A DNA stretch of 64,000 nucleotides. It comes from a virus. The stretch lies in IMG/VR virus record IMGVR_UViG_3300045988_172839, positions 160,001-224,000 of that record; one strand, written 5' to 3'. The notes under the pieces are model-generated. The model was not told the origin of the DNA. It made no database searches and was given only the letters and a program-made list of their open reading frames with translations. Positions 1 to 9,267 of this stretch are shown here, piece by piece. Positions within the stretch are counted from its first letter, which is position 1, and every line of letters begins with the position of its first letter. The position numbers and the translations under genes were made by a program.

Positions 1-851
1 GTTTTTAGAACATCTTTAAAACTTGCAATCGGAATATCTAAGCCCAAACGTTTATTTACAGAAGCTCTCACCTTACTCAAAATAGTTGAACCCCCAATCT
101 TAATGGTGTGTTTCAGACCATCAAGTAGTCTTTGACTGGATACCCCAATTAAATCTGTAGTGCCTTCTCCAAAGTCAATAATCAATACATTTCGAGAAGC
201 TAAGTCTTCGTAGTGTGGGCGAGGGTTCAAATCTCCATAACTCAAGAATACTGAGTAGAATGAAGAATACCCTTCTGGGAAAACTTTAACGGACTTAACG
301 GTTAAATTAAACTCAGCCCCATCATATAAGTTCTTATAAGTGAAGGTGCGAACTAAGTTCTGTTCAAAAGTTTCACGTGCGGAAACTGCTTGTGCTGGTG
401 GAACCAAGACTGCAAACTCAAACTCAACTTCTTTCGACAAAGCTTGTTTTGTGCTTGAAGGATACACCATGTTTACCCAATCCAAAACCTTATCCATTAA
501 GTTAATCAATACAACATAGTTTAGTAAATGATCTGCTTTTGCTAAGTGACTAACTGGTGTTTTTAGTTTCTTAGGTAAGTTTGCAGTCGCTAAGTCACCC
601 CACATTACCAACTTTTCATGTTTAATTGCTCCTACTTGTAGAGAAACCTCAAGAACATTGGAGTCTAACTTGTTAAAGTCCTCAGACTGAATATAAGAAG
701 AGTAAGTTTCCTTAGTTGCTAAGTTCTCCACTACAAAGTGGTTATCAAGCAAATAACCGCGAGTGTGTTTGACGATACCCTCTTCCACAATCTGCGCTAC
801 TGCGCGTGTTTCTGAGTTTCCTAAATCAACCATCAATTTTACTTGTGTCAT
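1..851 (-). CDS. Actin-like ATPase (ParM/Alp family), N-terminal 283 codons; 3' end lies beyond window start
   Basis: Own translation from ATG at 849-851 (not in ORF track because there is no stop in the window): MTQVKLMVDLGNSETRAV... Actin-fold phosphate-1 (VDLGNSETR) and phosphate-2 (LIIDFGEGTTDL) motifs; open to position 1. Confidence 0.6.
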   Translation of the reverse strand, partial: MTQVKLMVDLGNSETRAVAQIVEEGIVKHTRGYLLDNHFVVENLATKETYSSYIQSEDFNKLDSNVLEVSLQVGAIKHEKLVMWGDLATANLPKKLKTPVSHLAKADHLLNYVVLINLMDKVLDWVNMVYPSSTKQALSKEVEFEFAVLVPPAQAVSARETFEQNLVRTFTYKNLYDGAEFNLTVKSVKVFPEGYSSFYSVFLSYGDLNPRPHYEDLASRNVLIIDFGEGTTDLIGVSSQRLLDGLKHTIKIGGSTILSKVRASVNKRLGLDIPIASFKDVLK

Positions 852-934
852 TTTTACACCATATTCTTTCTATTTCTTGTTTTATGAAAATAAGCCTTAA
901 ATTCAAAGGGAATTTTCAAAAATTTGAAAATAAC

Positions 935-2494
935 CTATTTTCTCAATATCAATTTCAATTCATCACCATATAAATAAGGCACAATCAAAGCGTTTTTAGG
1001 GTTCAATTCCTTGTCGAAGGAGTCCACAAACATGCCGTCCACTTCGTAACCCCTCTTTTTAGCGGTTTCTGTAAAAGTAGAATAAGCTAAACCGCTATAT
1101 GAGATAGAATGGAAGTGAGAACTCAATAAAAACTCGTTTTCATAAGCTAGTTCTCTTAACTTATCAAAATTCGCTAACAAATTAGACATAACATGAATGT
1201 TCAAACCTTGTTGAGTTGCACCTTGTTCGAGGATACCGAGTTCTTTATCAAGTGAAGGGAAGTGAATAGAACCTTGCACCGAAACCAAACCAAATGCTCC
1301 TTTATGACCTTGTGCATCAAAGTTATGATGTTCAAAGAAGTCTCTATACTCCAAATCGGAATGGAAACCACGAACAGAACCTCTAAGCCAGTTACCGTTC
1401 TCAACTGCTGCAATCAAAACAGTTTTCCCTAAATCGCGCAAATACTGGTTCGCAATCAAACCAAGGAAAGAAGTGTACTTAAAGTTGTACTCTTTCGAGT
1501 CTGAAGTCTCTGGTATTTCTGCTACATCAATAGCCAAAATAACCAAGTTTTCAAGCTCAGTAACCTTCAAGTAGTCCTTCATGTGGTTCAAAATACGAGT
1601 CCGAATGGTTTTAGCTGGTAAAGAGTAAAAGAAATCTGTTTGGATACACAATCGGAACAAATACTCGCTCAAATTAAGTTGATAAGAAGCGTTAATGTAA
1701 GGAGACAAACTAAAGTCCACAAACGTTCTATCTAACTTTTCGGGATACCGCTGAAAAGCAGTAGGTACTTCTGCTTGGCACACCTGAGTGAGTTTTCGAA
1801 GTGTTGGCATCTCTAACAAAGGAGTTTCAAATGTAACCTTTAAAATCTCTCTTGCTAAAGAGTTTTCAATATCTCGTACATCAGAAAGCAAAGTGACTCC
1901 GTGCATAGCTACCCACTCTGTCTCAATCTCAACCTCTAAAATCTTAGATAGAGCGTTTAAAACAACACCTGTTCCTGACCAAAATCTTAATTCTTCTGGT
2001 TCAAAATCATACTGATTATTGATTAAAACCGCTTCGCCAATGAGGGATACCCCATCCCCTGTTTCCTCTGTGGTAGACCAATATTGTTGGTTGGGAAACA
2101 AAGGATTACTCTCAACCTCATGGTGGTCTAAGCTAATCACAAAGTTCCCTTGGGAAGTCAACTGCAACATTTCCTCTGCCGAAATAGAAGAGTCCACATT
2201 GATAATGATTTCATTTTGGTGGTACTCTGTAGGGATATAGTAGTCAAATTCACCCCAACTGCGCTCTTTCTTGACGAGTTCTTCTTCGACCATGCCGTGT
2301 CTTCTATCTGTGTTGACACACGAATGGAAAGAATATCCTGCTTTCTGCAACATCTTAGCACCTACGTACCAAGCTAAGAGACCATCAACGTCCGGGTCGC
2401 CTTTAAGGACTATAGGGTAACCACGTGCTAAACCATTTGCCAATACTTGTTTAGCTAAGTCAACACCCTTTAGTGTGTAGTTTTGTAAGTCCAA
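935..2494 (-). CDS. DHH-family phosphoesterase, RecJ-like
   Basis: 519 aa; GDPDVDG (DHH motif I), SLDHHEVE (motif III), QGHKGAFG (DHHA1-like); TTG start with AGGAG upstream. Confidence 0.6.
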   Translation of the reverse strand: MDLQNYTLKGVDLAKQVLANGLARGYPIVLKGDPDVDGLLAWYVGAKMLQKAGYSFHSCVNTDRRHGMVEEELVKKERSWGEFDYYIPTEYHQNEIIINVDSSISAEEMLQLTSQGNFVISLDHHEVESNPLFPNQQYWSTTEETGDGVSLIGEAVLINNQYDFEPEELRFWSGTGVVLNALSKILEVEIETEWVAMHGVTLLSDVRDIENSLAREILKVTFETPLLEMPTLRKLTQVCQAEVPTAFQRYPEKLDRTFVDFSLSPYINASYQLNLSEYLFRLCIQTDFFYSLPAKTIRTRILNHMKDYLKVTELENLVILAIDVAEIPETSDSKEYNFKYTSFLGLIANQYLRDLGKTVLIAAVENGNWLRGSVRGFHSDLEYRDFFEHHNFDAQGHKGAFGLVSVQGSIHFPSLDKELGILEQGATQQGLNIHVMSNLLANFDKLRELAYENEFLLSSHFHSISYSGLAYSTFTETAKKRGYEVDGMFVDSFDKELNPKNALIVPYLYGDELKLILRK

Positions 2495-2530
2495 TCGTCT
2501 AAACTACTCCTTTCCGAGTTTAATAAGACT

Positions 2531-2559
2531 ATTATAGCAGATTTTAAAGGGTTTTGCAA
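2531..2559 (-). promoter_or_regulatory. Sigma-A type promoter for the RecJ-like gene
   Basis: Minus strand TTGCAA-17 nt-TATAAT; first iteron box (2563-2571) abuts the -35. Confidence 0.55.
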
Positions 2560-2562
2560 ATC

Positions 2563-2707
2563 TTATGACAACTGTATGACAAGAAAAATAAAGGTAAGAC
2601 AGAAAAGGAAAATGTTAGGACGAAAACAAATTAAGATGAGCCAAAATAAGGAGGAGATGAGACAAATTTAAATTAAAGTAAGACTAAATAAATTAAGTTT
2701 GAGACAA
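2563..2707. repeat. Second array of the same 9-bp box (about 8 copies)
   Basis: GAC cores at 2567, 2578, 2598, 2619, (degenerate 2640), 2661, 2682, 2703. Confidence 0.8.
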
Positions 2708-2747
2708 AAGAAAAACCTCACCGAAGTGAGGATACCGCTGAGTGAGT

Positions 2748-3047
2748 TTACTCAGACCAAATTACAATGCTATCATTTCTAACAAAGACATGAAGAAGAC
2801 CACCATCAAAAAGCTCAGATAAGTCGCTCTTTATTTTATTCGGAGAATTGAACTCAAAAGAATGAGAACCCCACTCATCCTCTGTGTTTGTTGCAGAAAC
2901 CTCTAAAAAACCATGAGTATAATATCCTCTGGAGGTTTCCTTAGAAGACTGAGGAAATGTAATCTCAATATCCCAAACTCTGTAATTTTTAAAGTGAGTT
3001 GAAATAAACTCACTAAGTAAAGGCAAAAAAGTGCTTGTATCTTTCAT
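2748..3047 (-). CDS. Hypothetical protein
   Basis: 99-aa minus-strand ORF tiling the gene array; no recognisable motif. Confidence 0.6.
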   Translation of the reverse strand: MKDTSTFLPLLSEFISTHFKNYRVWDIEITFPQSSKETSRGYYTHGFLEVSATNTEDEWGSHSFEFNSPNKIKSDLSELFDGGLLHVFVRNDSIVIWSE

Positions 3048-3106
3048 TTATCTACCTACTATCTTTCTAATTTTCCAATGAACATGAGGTGTTCCATAAG
3101 ACTACC

Positions 3107-3664
3107 TCAATAATATCTTCTTAACTCTTCTTGGTGTTTCTCAAAGTATTCACGTAACCAGTCCATACCGTAAGCTCTACTGAAACCTTCTAAAATGTAA
3201 GCAAAATCTACGGTATTAAAACCAGTTTTCTCCAAAAACTTAAATAAAACAATAGGAGACTGCAGTTCTCTATATCTGATAATGTCACCTACATCTTTCA
3301 AATCTTGCTCACGTGCGCTTGTTAGTTTCATTCCTAAAAGGTAGTCTAGTGAAACTGTGTAGACCGTTAAGTTTTCAAAGGAATACAAAACCTCACAAAA
3401 TTCAAATGGAGGTCGTGGATTTAAGTTCGCAACGCTATTGTTTAACCAAACATCCTCAGAAGTATTCAAACCTAGTTGTTGTCCGACTCGGTAAATGACC
3501 TCGTTTATTTTAGGTGTTTCAATGTAAAAAGCATCTATGTCTTGAGTGGTTCTGAATCCATGTTGCTCCAAAACAAAACCCCCAACGCAAATAAGAGCTA
3601 AATTAAGACCTTCATTTGCTAATTCTTCATTCAATAGCTCAAAAGCAACTTGTCTTCTATCCAA
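3107..3664 (-). CDS. Nucleotidyltransferase-fold protein (minimal NTase)
   Basis: CVGGFVLEQHGFRTTQDIDAFY fits the hG[GS]-x9-13-DxD NTase signature; overlaps the upstream ORF by 8 nt. Confidence 0.4.
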   Translation of the reverse strand: MDRRQVAFELLNEELANEGLNLALICVGGFVLEQHGFRTTQDIDAFYIETPKINEVIYRVGQQLGLNTSEDVWLNNSVANLNPRPPFEFCEVLYSFENLTVYTVSLDYLLGMKLTSAREQDLKDVGDIIRYRELQSPIVLFKFLEKTGFNTVDFAYILEGFSRAYGMDWLREYFEKHQEELRRYY

Positions 3665-3941
3665 ACTTGAAATCCTCCATCAACTTCTTTACTTCTTCAA
3701 CATTTGCCGATTTATTCAAGGATACCACGTGTTCATGAGTTGGAGAATCTTGTTGTACTGCAAATTCTAAACTGACCTTTTGAAAAGCAGTCAACTCATT
3801 AGAAGTAAGTAACTTTTCAATATCCTCATCAGTTAAATAAGTGTAGTCTTCAAAAATCACTTTTCTTAGGTAGCGAAACCAATGGCGAGCATTATGTCGA
3901 GACTGTTTGGCTGTGTTTATCATAAAGTCGTACCAAGTCAT
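3657..3941 (-). CDS. Hypothetical protein (overlaps start of NTase-like gene)
   Basis: 94-aa ORF, 8-nt overlap with 3107-3664 suggests translational coupling. Confidence 0.55.
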   Translation of the reverse strand: MTWYDFMINTAKQSRHNARHWFRYLRKVIFEDYTYLTDEDIEKLLTSNELTAFQKVSLEFAVQQDSPTHEHVVSLNKSANVEEVKKLMEDFKFG

Positions 3942-3954
3942 GTTCTGTAAATCC

Positions 3955-4326
3955 TTATTCTTCCAACAAACTTAAAAAAGTTTCCATATCTAAATGGTTT
4001 GGGTCAAAATCTTCCAAATCGAAAATTGGAGGTTTTAAAGATACCCTATAGTAAGGTGAACCCCAACTATCTACTAACCGAACAAGTAAATCACCAAAAA
4101 TGTAAGTTTTACTGCCGTGGTACATAAACGTAAAAGGTATGTCTTCGACCTCAACTCGATTAAGCATGTAGTCCGGATTTACAAGCCTATTGTTATTTCC
4201 TTGAATGATGAAGCCGTTTTGGTCACATAAGTGGTGTAGTAACTCTGTTTTGTACTGTTCCGTTTCTTTTACAATCCTGCGGACTCTAGCAGTCATTCGT
4301 TTGTTAAAGTGTTCTTTTGTTTCCAT
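3955..4326 (-). CDS. Hypothetical protein
   Basis: 123-aa tiling minus-strand ORF. Confidence 0.6.
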   Translation of the reverse strand: METKEHFNKRMTARVRRIVKETEQYKTELLHHLCDQNGFIIQGNNNRLVNPDYMLNRVEVEDIPFTFMYHGSKTYIFGDLLVRLVDSWGSPYYRVSLKPPIFDLEDFDPNHLDMETFLSLLEE

Positions 4327-4335
4327 AACTTAACC

Positions 4336-4602
4336 TCAAAATTCCAACTGCAAGGGCGAGATACCCAAACCTGTATCTTCAAAGCGAGAATGTAGCTCAT
4401 CTAAGACAGAACGAGGTACAATCCAGTTACTACCTAGCTTCTCTAAGTGAATATCTACCTTCTCACCTAGTAACTCTCCTGACTTCAAGAGCGTTTGCAA
4501 ACGTTTTGCAGTAGCTAAATAGTGATAATCACCATAAAATTCGACTAGGTAGACTTCTTTGCTCCGACTGTAAACATGTTTTGCCATATAGAACCTCACC
4601 AA
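4336..4602 (-). CDS. Hypothetical protein
   Basis: 88-aa tiling minus-strand ORF. Confidence 0.6.
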   Translation of the reverse strand: MVRFYMAKHVYSRSKEVYLVEFYGDYHYLATAKRLQTLLKSGELLGEKVDIHLEKLGSNWIVPRSVLDELHSRFEDTGLGISPLQLEF

Positions 4603-5828
4603 TCTAAGTTATCTGCAATATATCGACCCAAATGTTCAACAACCTCAACAACTAAGGCATTACCCATAAAGAACTTTCTGCGAGTGTCCGATACCGTAAC
4701 TTCTTTTCCCTTGCTCAATTTAACTTGTGTCCAGTTGTCCGGGAAACCTTGTAAACGCTCTGTTTCGAGTGGTGTTAAAAGTCGATACCCTTTCTCATCT
4801 TCAATTAAATGAGTGGTGCGACTTATAGAACCCTCAGAAGTTAACAAAGTTCGAGAAGGTAAATCTGCGCTATCTACTAAAGCCATAGCACCTTCAGAGT
4901 AAATGTAAGTGAAACCTTCAGAGTTGGTGCGCTCAAACTTCTTAGCGCCTCTCAAATAACGGAACTTGTTTACTTTGTCCTCAGATAAATAAAGTTCCTG
5001 TGGTAAATCAGAGGGATTTTCTAACACATCTCTGAGAACCAAACTAGCGCCATCATAATAAGGCTCTAGCTCCTTTGTAATGACTTTACCCTCTATCATA
5101 CTACCTGAGTTCCAAAACTGCGTAGAAAAAGAGTCTGAGACCTCTACAATGTCTTCTGGTAAAGTGAAAGACAAAGCTCTGTCTTTTATAATCTCAGCTT
5201 TAGTTTCATGCGTGGATTCGAAGATACCACTAGTGCCTACTCCGAAATCATTCAGTGCTTGTTGTTGCGTGAAATAGTCAGTGTCTTTTCGATAGACAAA
5301 GAGAAAGACTCTCTTCCTTCTTTGACACCAACCATAATCTGCAGGGTTAACGACCCTCCAATCGACTCCGTAACCTAAATCAGCAAAAGCTCTCAACATA
5401 ATTGCAAAGTCTCTACCTCTTTGTTTTGAGGGAGCTTTTAACAAGCGATCTACGTTTTCAAGGAGTAAATATTTAGGTTGTGAAAGTCTAGTCGCTCTAA
5501 TGATTTCCCAAAAGAGGACTCCCTTTTTACCCTCGATACCCTTTTCATCTTTTTTGGTTCTTGCTACAGAGTAATCTTGACAAGGAAACCCACCTACAAT
5601 CAAATCTACCTCACCTCTTAAGGCAGAAAAGCGCTCGTCAGAAATTTTAGTGATGTCTTCGTTCCAATTTTCACTGTCTGGGAAATGGTAATTGTAGACC
5701 TCAAAGGCATCTTGCGACTTTCTCAACGGTTCAAACTGGTTCGACCACAAAGTTTTTAAAGTAGGACTTGCTTTTTCAAGACCTACTCGGAAACCTCCTA
5801 CTCCTGCGAATAATTCAAGTACATTCAA
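4596..5828 (-). CDS. DNA (cytosine-5)-methyltransferase
   Basis: Motif I ELFAGVGGF, IV GGFPCQDYS, VI LLLENV, VIII QRRKRVF, X GNALVVEV. Track ORF runs to 5897, but in-frame TTG at 5828 preceded by AAGGAAGAGG is the likelier start. Confidence 0.9.
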   Translation of the reverse strand: MNVLELFAGVGGFRVGLEKASPTLKTLWSNQFEPLRKSQDAFEVYNYHFPDSENWNEDITKISDERFSALRGEVDLIVGGFPCQDYSVARTKKDEKGIEGKKGVLFWEIIRATRLSQPKYLLLENVDRLLKAPSKQRGRDFAIMLRAFADLGYGVDWRVVNPADYGWCQRRKRVFLFVYRKDTDYFTQQQALNDFGVGTSGIFESTHETKAEIIKDRALSFTLPEDIVEVSDSFSTQFWNSGSMIEGKVITKELEPYYDGASLVLRDVLENPSDLPQELYLSEDKVNKFRYLRGAKKFERTNSEGFTYIYSEGAMALVDSADLPSRTLLTSEGSISRTTHLIEDEKGYRLLTPLETERLQGFPDNWTQVKLSKGKEVTVSDTRRKFFMGNALVVEVVEHLGRYIADNLDW

Positions 5829-5853
5829 GTTAATTAGTCCCTCTTCCTTTAAA

Positions 5854-6495
5854 TTAAATAGAACAAGTTCCCCAAGTATAACACAATAGCGCATCACGCT
5901 TTAGTTCTACATTCGGATAATCTTGTAACAAACCCCTTGTATCAAAACGCTGATTTACAATAACTGAGTAACCATTTGGCGTTTTGTGCAAAGTTACAGA
6001 TATTGGAGGTCGCTTTTGACCTTTCTTTGTCTGCGTAGTCTCATGTGCAATATGTAAGTCTTCAACAAACTTAGTTAACAAAACCTCAGTATCTTGACCT
6101 TCAACTGGATCGAAGTCGAACAACCAATGCTGCTTATCTCCATAAGCATTTTCTACCTTAGCTGCAAGAGAAGCTACTTTCGGAGGTAATGTAGATAAAT
6201 CAAACTCTTGATCCAACATCTTGTGCTGCAAAGCCTTAAAGGTTTTTGAGTTAGATCGAGGATTAATAGAGACATACATCCTCGAAAACTCACCAACTTG
6301 ACCGTCATTAACAAAAACTTGAAACTGGGACTTAATTTCTTCAAAACCCTTAGTTGTAACAAATGATACTTTTCTCTCTTTAAACGTTTCAAGGTTCTTG
6401 TTATCCTTATTTCTTGAGACAAACAAGACAACATTTAACTTATCTAAATCAAAATTAACGTCTGAAGCATCTTTAGTAAGTTTTACCATAATCAA
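5854..6495 (-). CDS. Hypothetical protein
   Basis: 213 aa; weak AEP/PrimPol-like strings (WLFDFDP, TPNGYSVIV, RFDTRG), not enough to call. Confidence 0.55.
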   Translation of the reverse strand: MIMVKLTKDASDVNFDLDKLNVVLFVSRNKDNKNLETFKERKVSFVTTKGFEEIKSQFQVFVNDGQVGEFSRMYVSINPRSNSKTFKALQHKMLDQEFDLSTLPPKVASLAAKVENAYGDKQHWLFDFDPVEGQDTEVLLTKFVEDLHIAHETTQTKKGQKRPPISVTLHKTPNGYSVIVNQRFDTRGLLQDYPNVELKRDALLCYTWGTCSI

Positions 6496-6498
6496 CCT

Positions 6499-6828
6499 CT
6501 AACTTTCAATATACAAAATTTCAACCACTTCAAGAATAAAGTGCTCTAAAACTCTCTCCGAGTCGATTTGAGGATACCCAAGGATAGGTGTAATCTCATT
6601 TTCAGACCAATAAGGTGCAGAATTACCTAATATCACAATCTTTTCTGTACCGTCTACAAACTCAACTGAAATTTGCGATTTAGTTAATTTTATAGAGCGA
6701 ACAAGAGTATAAGTGTCCCAAAGTTGTTCTTCTTTATCCACACTGTGTACTACAAGCGAAATCAGAGTGGAAGCTAGGTATTCTGGTACAGTCTTATCCA
6801 ACATGTAATTCTCATATTTTAATCTCAT
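6499..6828 (-). CDS. Hypothetical protein, tandem paralog family A
   Basis: Starts MRLKYENY...; shares LVRS..L, ILG...PYWSENEI.P with 6829-7161. Confidence 0.65.
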   Translation of the reverse strand: MRLKYENYMLDKTVPEYLASTLISLVVHSVDKEEQLWDTYTLVRSIKLTKSQISVEFVDGTEKIVILGNSAPYWSENEITPILGYPQIDSERVLEHFILEVVEILYIES

Positions 6829-7161
6829 TTATTGCACCTCTTCATATAAATAATCTACAACCTCTTGTTTCATTTTCTCCAATAGACGAGTTGGACTAGG
6901 GTAACTAGAACCAAAGTCTGGTTTAATCTCATTTTCTGACCAATAAGGTTCATTATCCCCAAGAATTAAAACCTTAGTTGTATCATCTGTAAAAACAAAC
7001 TGAATACAAAGTCGAGATAAATGTACTGAGCGAACCAAATTTAAACGATGTTTAAAGCTAGACTCACTATCCGTAGTAAAAACAGTATAACCAGCTAAAA
7101 CTTCACTTAATTCAATCACCAAACTTATCTTTTCTGTATAATCTTCATACTTTAATCTCAT
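6829..7161 (-). CDS. Hypothetical protein, tandem paralog family A
   Basis: Start moved to internal ATG (MRLKYEDY...) matching its paralog; stop/start TAAATG junction with the next gene. Confidence 0.65.
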   Translation of the reverse strand: MRLKYEDYTEKISLVIELSEVLAGYTVFTTDSESSFKHRLNLVRSVHLSRLCIQFVFTDDTTKVLILGDNEPYWSENEIKPDFGSSYPSPTRLLEKMKQEVVDYLYEEVQ

Positions 7162-7474
7162 TTTCTTTTCCACCTTTCTTATAATAATGTGAAAGAACTT
7201 TCTTTTTCAAATACTTCTTTAAATGTCCCGAATTGGAAACAACAGAAGTATGTTTTTCATTCGACTTCCAAAAGGCTCCGTTTTCCTCTAATTTCAAGGT
7301 ATTTACCACACCGTCTGAAAACATAAACATAATGCCAAAATCAGTTTCTCGAACCTTCCAAATTAAGTTCTCTACTTCCACATGACCTACAAAGTTTCGA
7401 ACCCTATTCAAACTTGTAAAATCTCTAAATAGCTTTACTTTATTTACTGGTTTCTTTCGTCTGACTAGCACCAT
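7145..7474 (-). CDS. Hypothetical protein, distant member of paralog family A
   Basis: 109 aa; similar size and FWKSNEKH vs YWSENEI region. Confidence 0.55.
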   Translation of the reverse strand: MVLVRRKKPVNKVKLFRDFTSLNRVRNFVGHVEVENLIWKVRETDFGIMFMFSDGVVNTLKLEENGAFWKSNEKHTSVVSNSGHLKKYLKKKVLSHYYKKGGKENEIKV

Positions 7475-8347
7475 TTAGACCTCCACAACTTTAAATCGAT
7501 ACCCCAAAGACTCTACCTTATCTTCAATTTTCCAAAATGACGAAATTCCAAGACCTGCAAAGCTCTGCAAACCAATCTTCGTTACAGACTCTAAATCTGA
7601 AATAAAGGTAAACCCTTTACTTTTCAACAAGGCTCTAATTTTAGAGTTGAACAAGTCAACTGTGAGACAAGGCTCAATCTGAGAACCTGTGTTTTTCGGA
7701 CGGTAAGTAACAATACCCTCAACCTCAGTTAAGACTTGCCCTTCTTTTAACAAACGCTCAGAAACCCTAGAAGAAGACCTATAGCGAACAACCAAACCTT
7801 TATCATTGATATACCAAGACTTACTAACGTTTTTGACAATGTTAGCTATTGATTTTTCAACAAAGGGTTGGCGAGTTGGAGATACCCTTTGGGTGTTAGA
7901 AACTGCTACTAGAAAGTCTCCTGTGTTCTTAGCAGTCAACCAAGTTGAACCTTTGAAGAACTTCTCAAACCACTTCCGTTCTGTTTCATCTACGCTTTTT
8001 ACAACTGTATCTACAAAAGGTAGGAAAGATGAGAAGAAATCATCTGAAAGCTCTGTAACCTCAGAACCAAAGACCAATCGACAAAATGAGCCGAAAGCCG
8101 TTTCACCCATATTATCTAGTAAGTCTTGGTTAAATACAAGAGTATTTTGCAAAGGTGCTACAACTCGACTATTTGTCCAAGCGCTTTTATTCAACTTCTT
8201 ACGAGCAAAACTAAAGTAGTTTACCCCCAGTTGTTTTTCTGCTTCGGTTGCAGAAATGCGACCTAAAATAAGGGCTGACATGATTTGAGATACCCTATCA
8301 GCTTCTTCTTTCACCGCTTTATAAACTTCTTTATCTAAGTTAGACAT
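7475..8347 (-). CDS. Hypothetical protein, possibly DNA-binding
   Basis: 290 aa; C-terminal helix-hairpin-helix-like stretch (ISDLESVTKIGLQSFAGLGISS); weak. Confidence 0.55.
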   Translation of the reverse strand: MSNLDKEVYKAVKEEADRVSQIMSALILGRISATEAEKQLGVNYFSFARKKLNKSAWTNSRVVAPLQNTLVFNQDLLDNMGETAFGSFCRLVFGSEVTELSDDFFSSFLPFVDTVVKSVDETERKWFEKFFKGSTWLTAKNTGDFLVAVSNTQRVSPTRQPFVEKSIANIVKNVSKSWYINDKGLVVRYRSSSRVSERLLKEGQVLTEVEGIVTYRPKNTGSQIEPCLTVDLFNSKIRALLKSKGFTFISDLESVTKIGLQSFAGLGISSFWKIEDKVESLGYRFKVVEV

Positions 8348-8361
8348 CGTTTAAAACCTTT

Positions 8362-9237
8362 CTAAATAATATTCAACAAAGTTGCTCTCATTAAAACTTT
8401 GTAGTCTGTACAATCTACTAAAGTAACCTCTACATAAGACGGAATTAAAGTATTATCGTCGTAAAAACACTCAACACCGTATCTGTAAGTATGCTTATAA
8501 ACCTGCGCACTTTGATGTACAAAATGACTGATAGAACGCTCAAAATCATCCAAAGAGAACTGTGATGTACGCTTTGGATTCATATAATACATAGAGTTCT
8601 TTAATGCATTCTTGAAAATGACCTCTGCGTTTCGGTTATGATCTTCCTCAGTAGGTAAATAATTCTCTTTAACACGCATACCACTATTCAAACGAGCCGT
8701 TCCTGTAAACATAACATGCTTATACTCCCCATCATTTAAACACAATCGGTAAGGAACTAAGTGAGTTCTATGGTATAAAGGTCGCTCTTTTCCTTGAACA
8801 ATCGCCCATTCTTGTTTCACAGTATCAAACCCAGGTACATCTGCATTCTTACGAACATCATCACTACGCTTATAAAAACCTACCTTAATAGCTTTATTTT
8901 GAGTATCTAATAAGTGACCATCAAAAACCATAAAGCCACCCACAATACGACCTAAATCATCTTTATCTGCTAGTATATAAGCACCTTTATGCCCTACAAA
9001 GTCCAAACTTGTTAATGATTTATGAAACAACTTACGAGTTCTGATAGGGATATAGTTGATATGATTGAAATAATTCTTCTCAATCTTCCTTAACGTCTCG
9101 TCTTTATCTTTCCCTTTGTTGTAAACAAAAACCAAAAGCGCTATGGACAAAAAAGCAACAATAGAAAACCACAGATGAGAAATTACAAAAAATACTCCAA
9201 CTAAAATCAGTAAACCTTTTAAAATTAACTTTATCAT
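8362..9237 (-). CDS. Membrane-anchored DNA/RNA non-specific endonuclease-like protein
   Basis: N-terminal TM helix; YHRTHLVPYRL resembles the (D/N)RGHL active-site region of EndA/NucA-type nucleases; tentative. Confidence 0.4.
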   Translation of the reverse strand: MIKLILKGLLILVGVFFVISHLWFSIVAFLSIALLVFVYNKGKDKDETLRKIEKNYFNHINYIPIRTRKLFHKSLTSLDFVGHKGAYILADKDDLGRIVGGFMVFDGHLLDTQNKAIKVGFYKRSDDVRKNADVPGFDTVKQEWAIVQGKERPLYHRTHLVPYRLCLNDGEYKHVMFTGTARLNSGMRVKENYLPTEEDHNRNAEVIFKNALKNSMYYMNPKRTSQFSLDDFERSISHFVHQSAQVYKHTYRYGVECFYDDNTLIPSYVEVTLVDCTDYKVLMRATLLNII

Positions 9238-9267
9238 TTAAAACCTCAAATAACTCTGTAAAATAAG

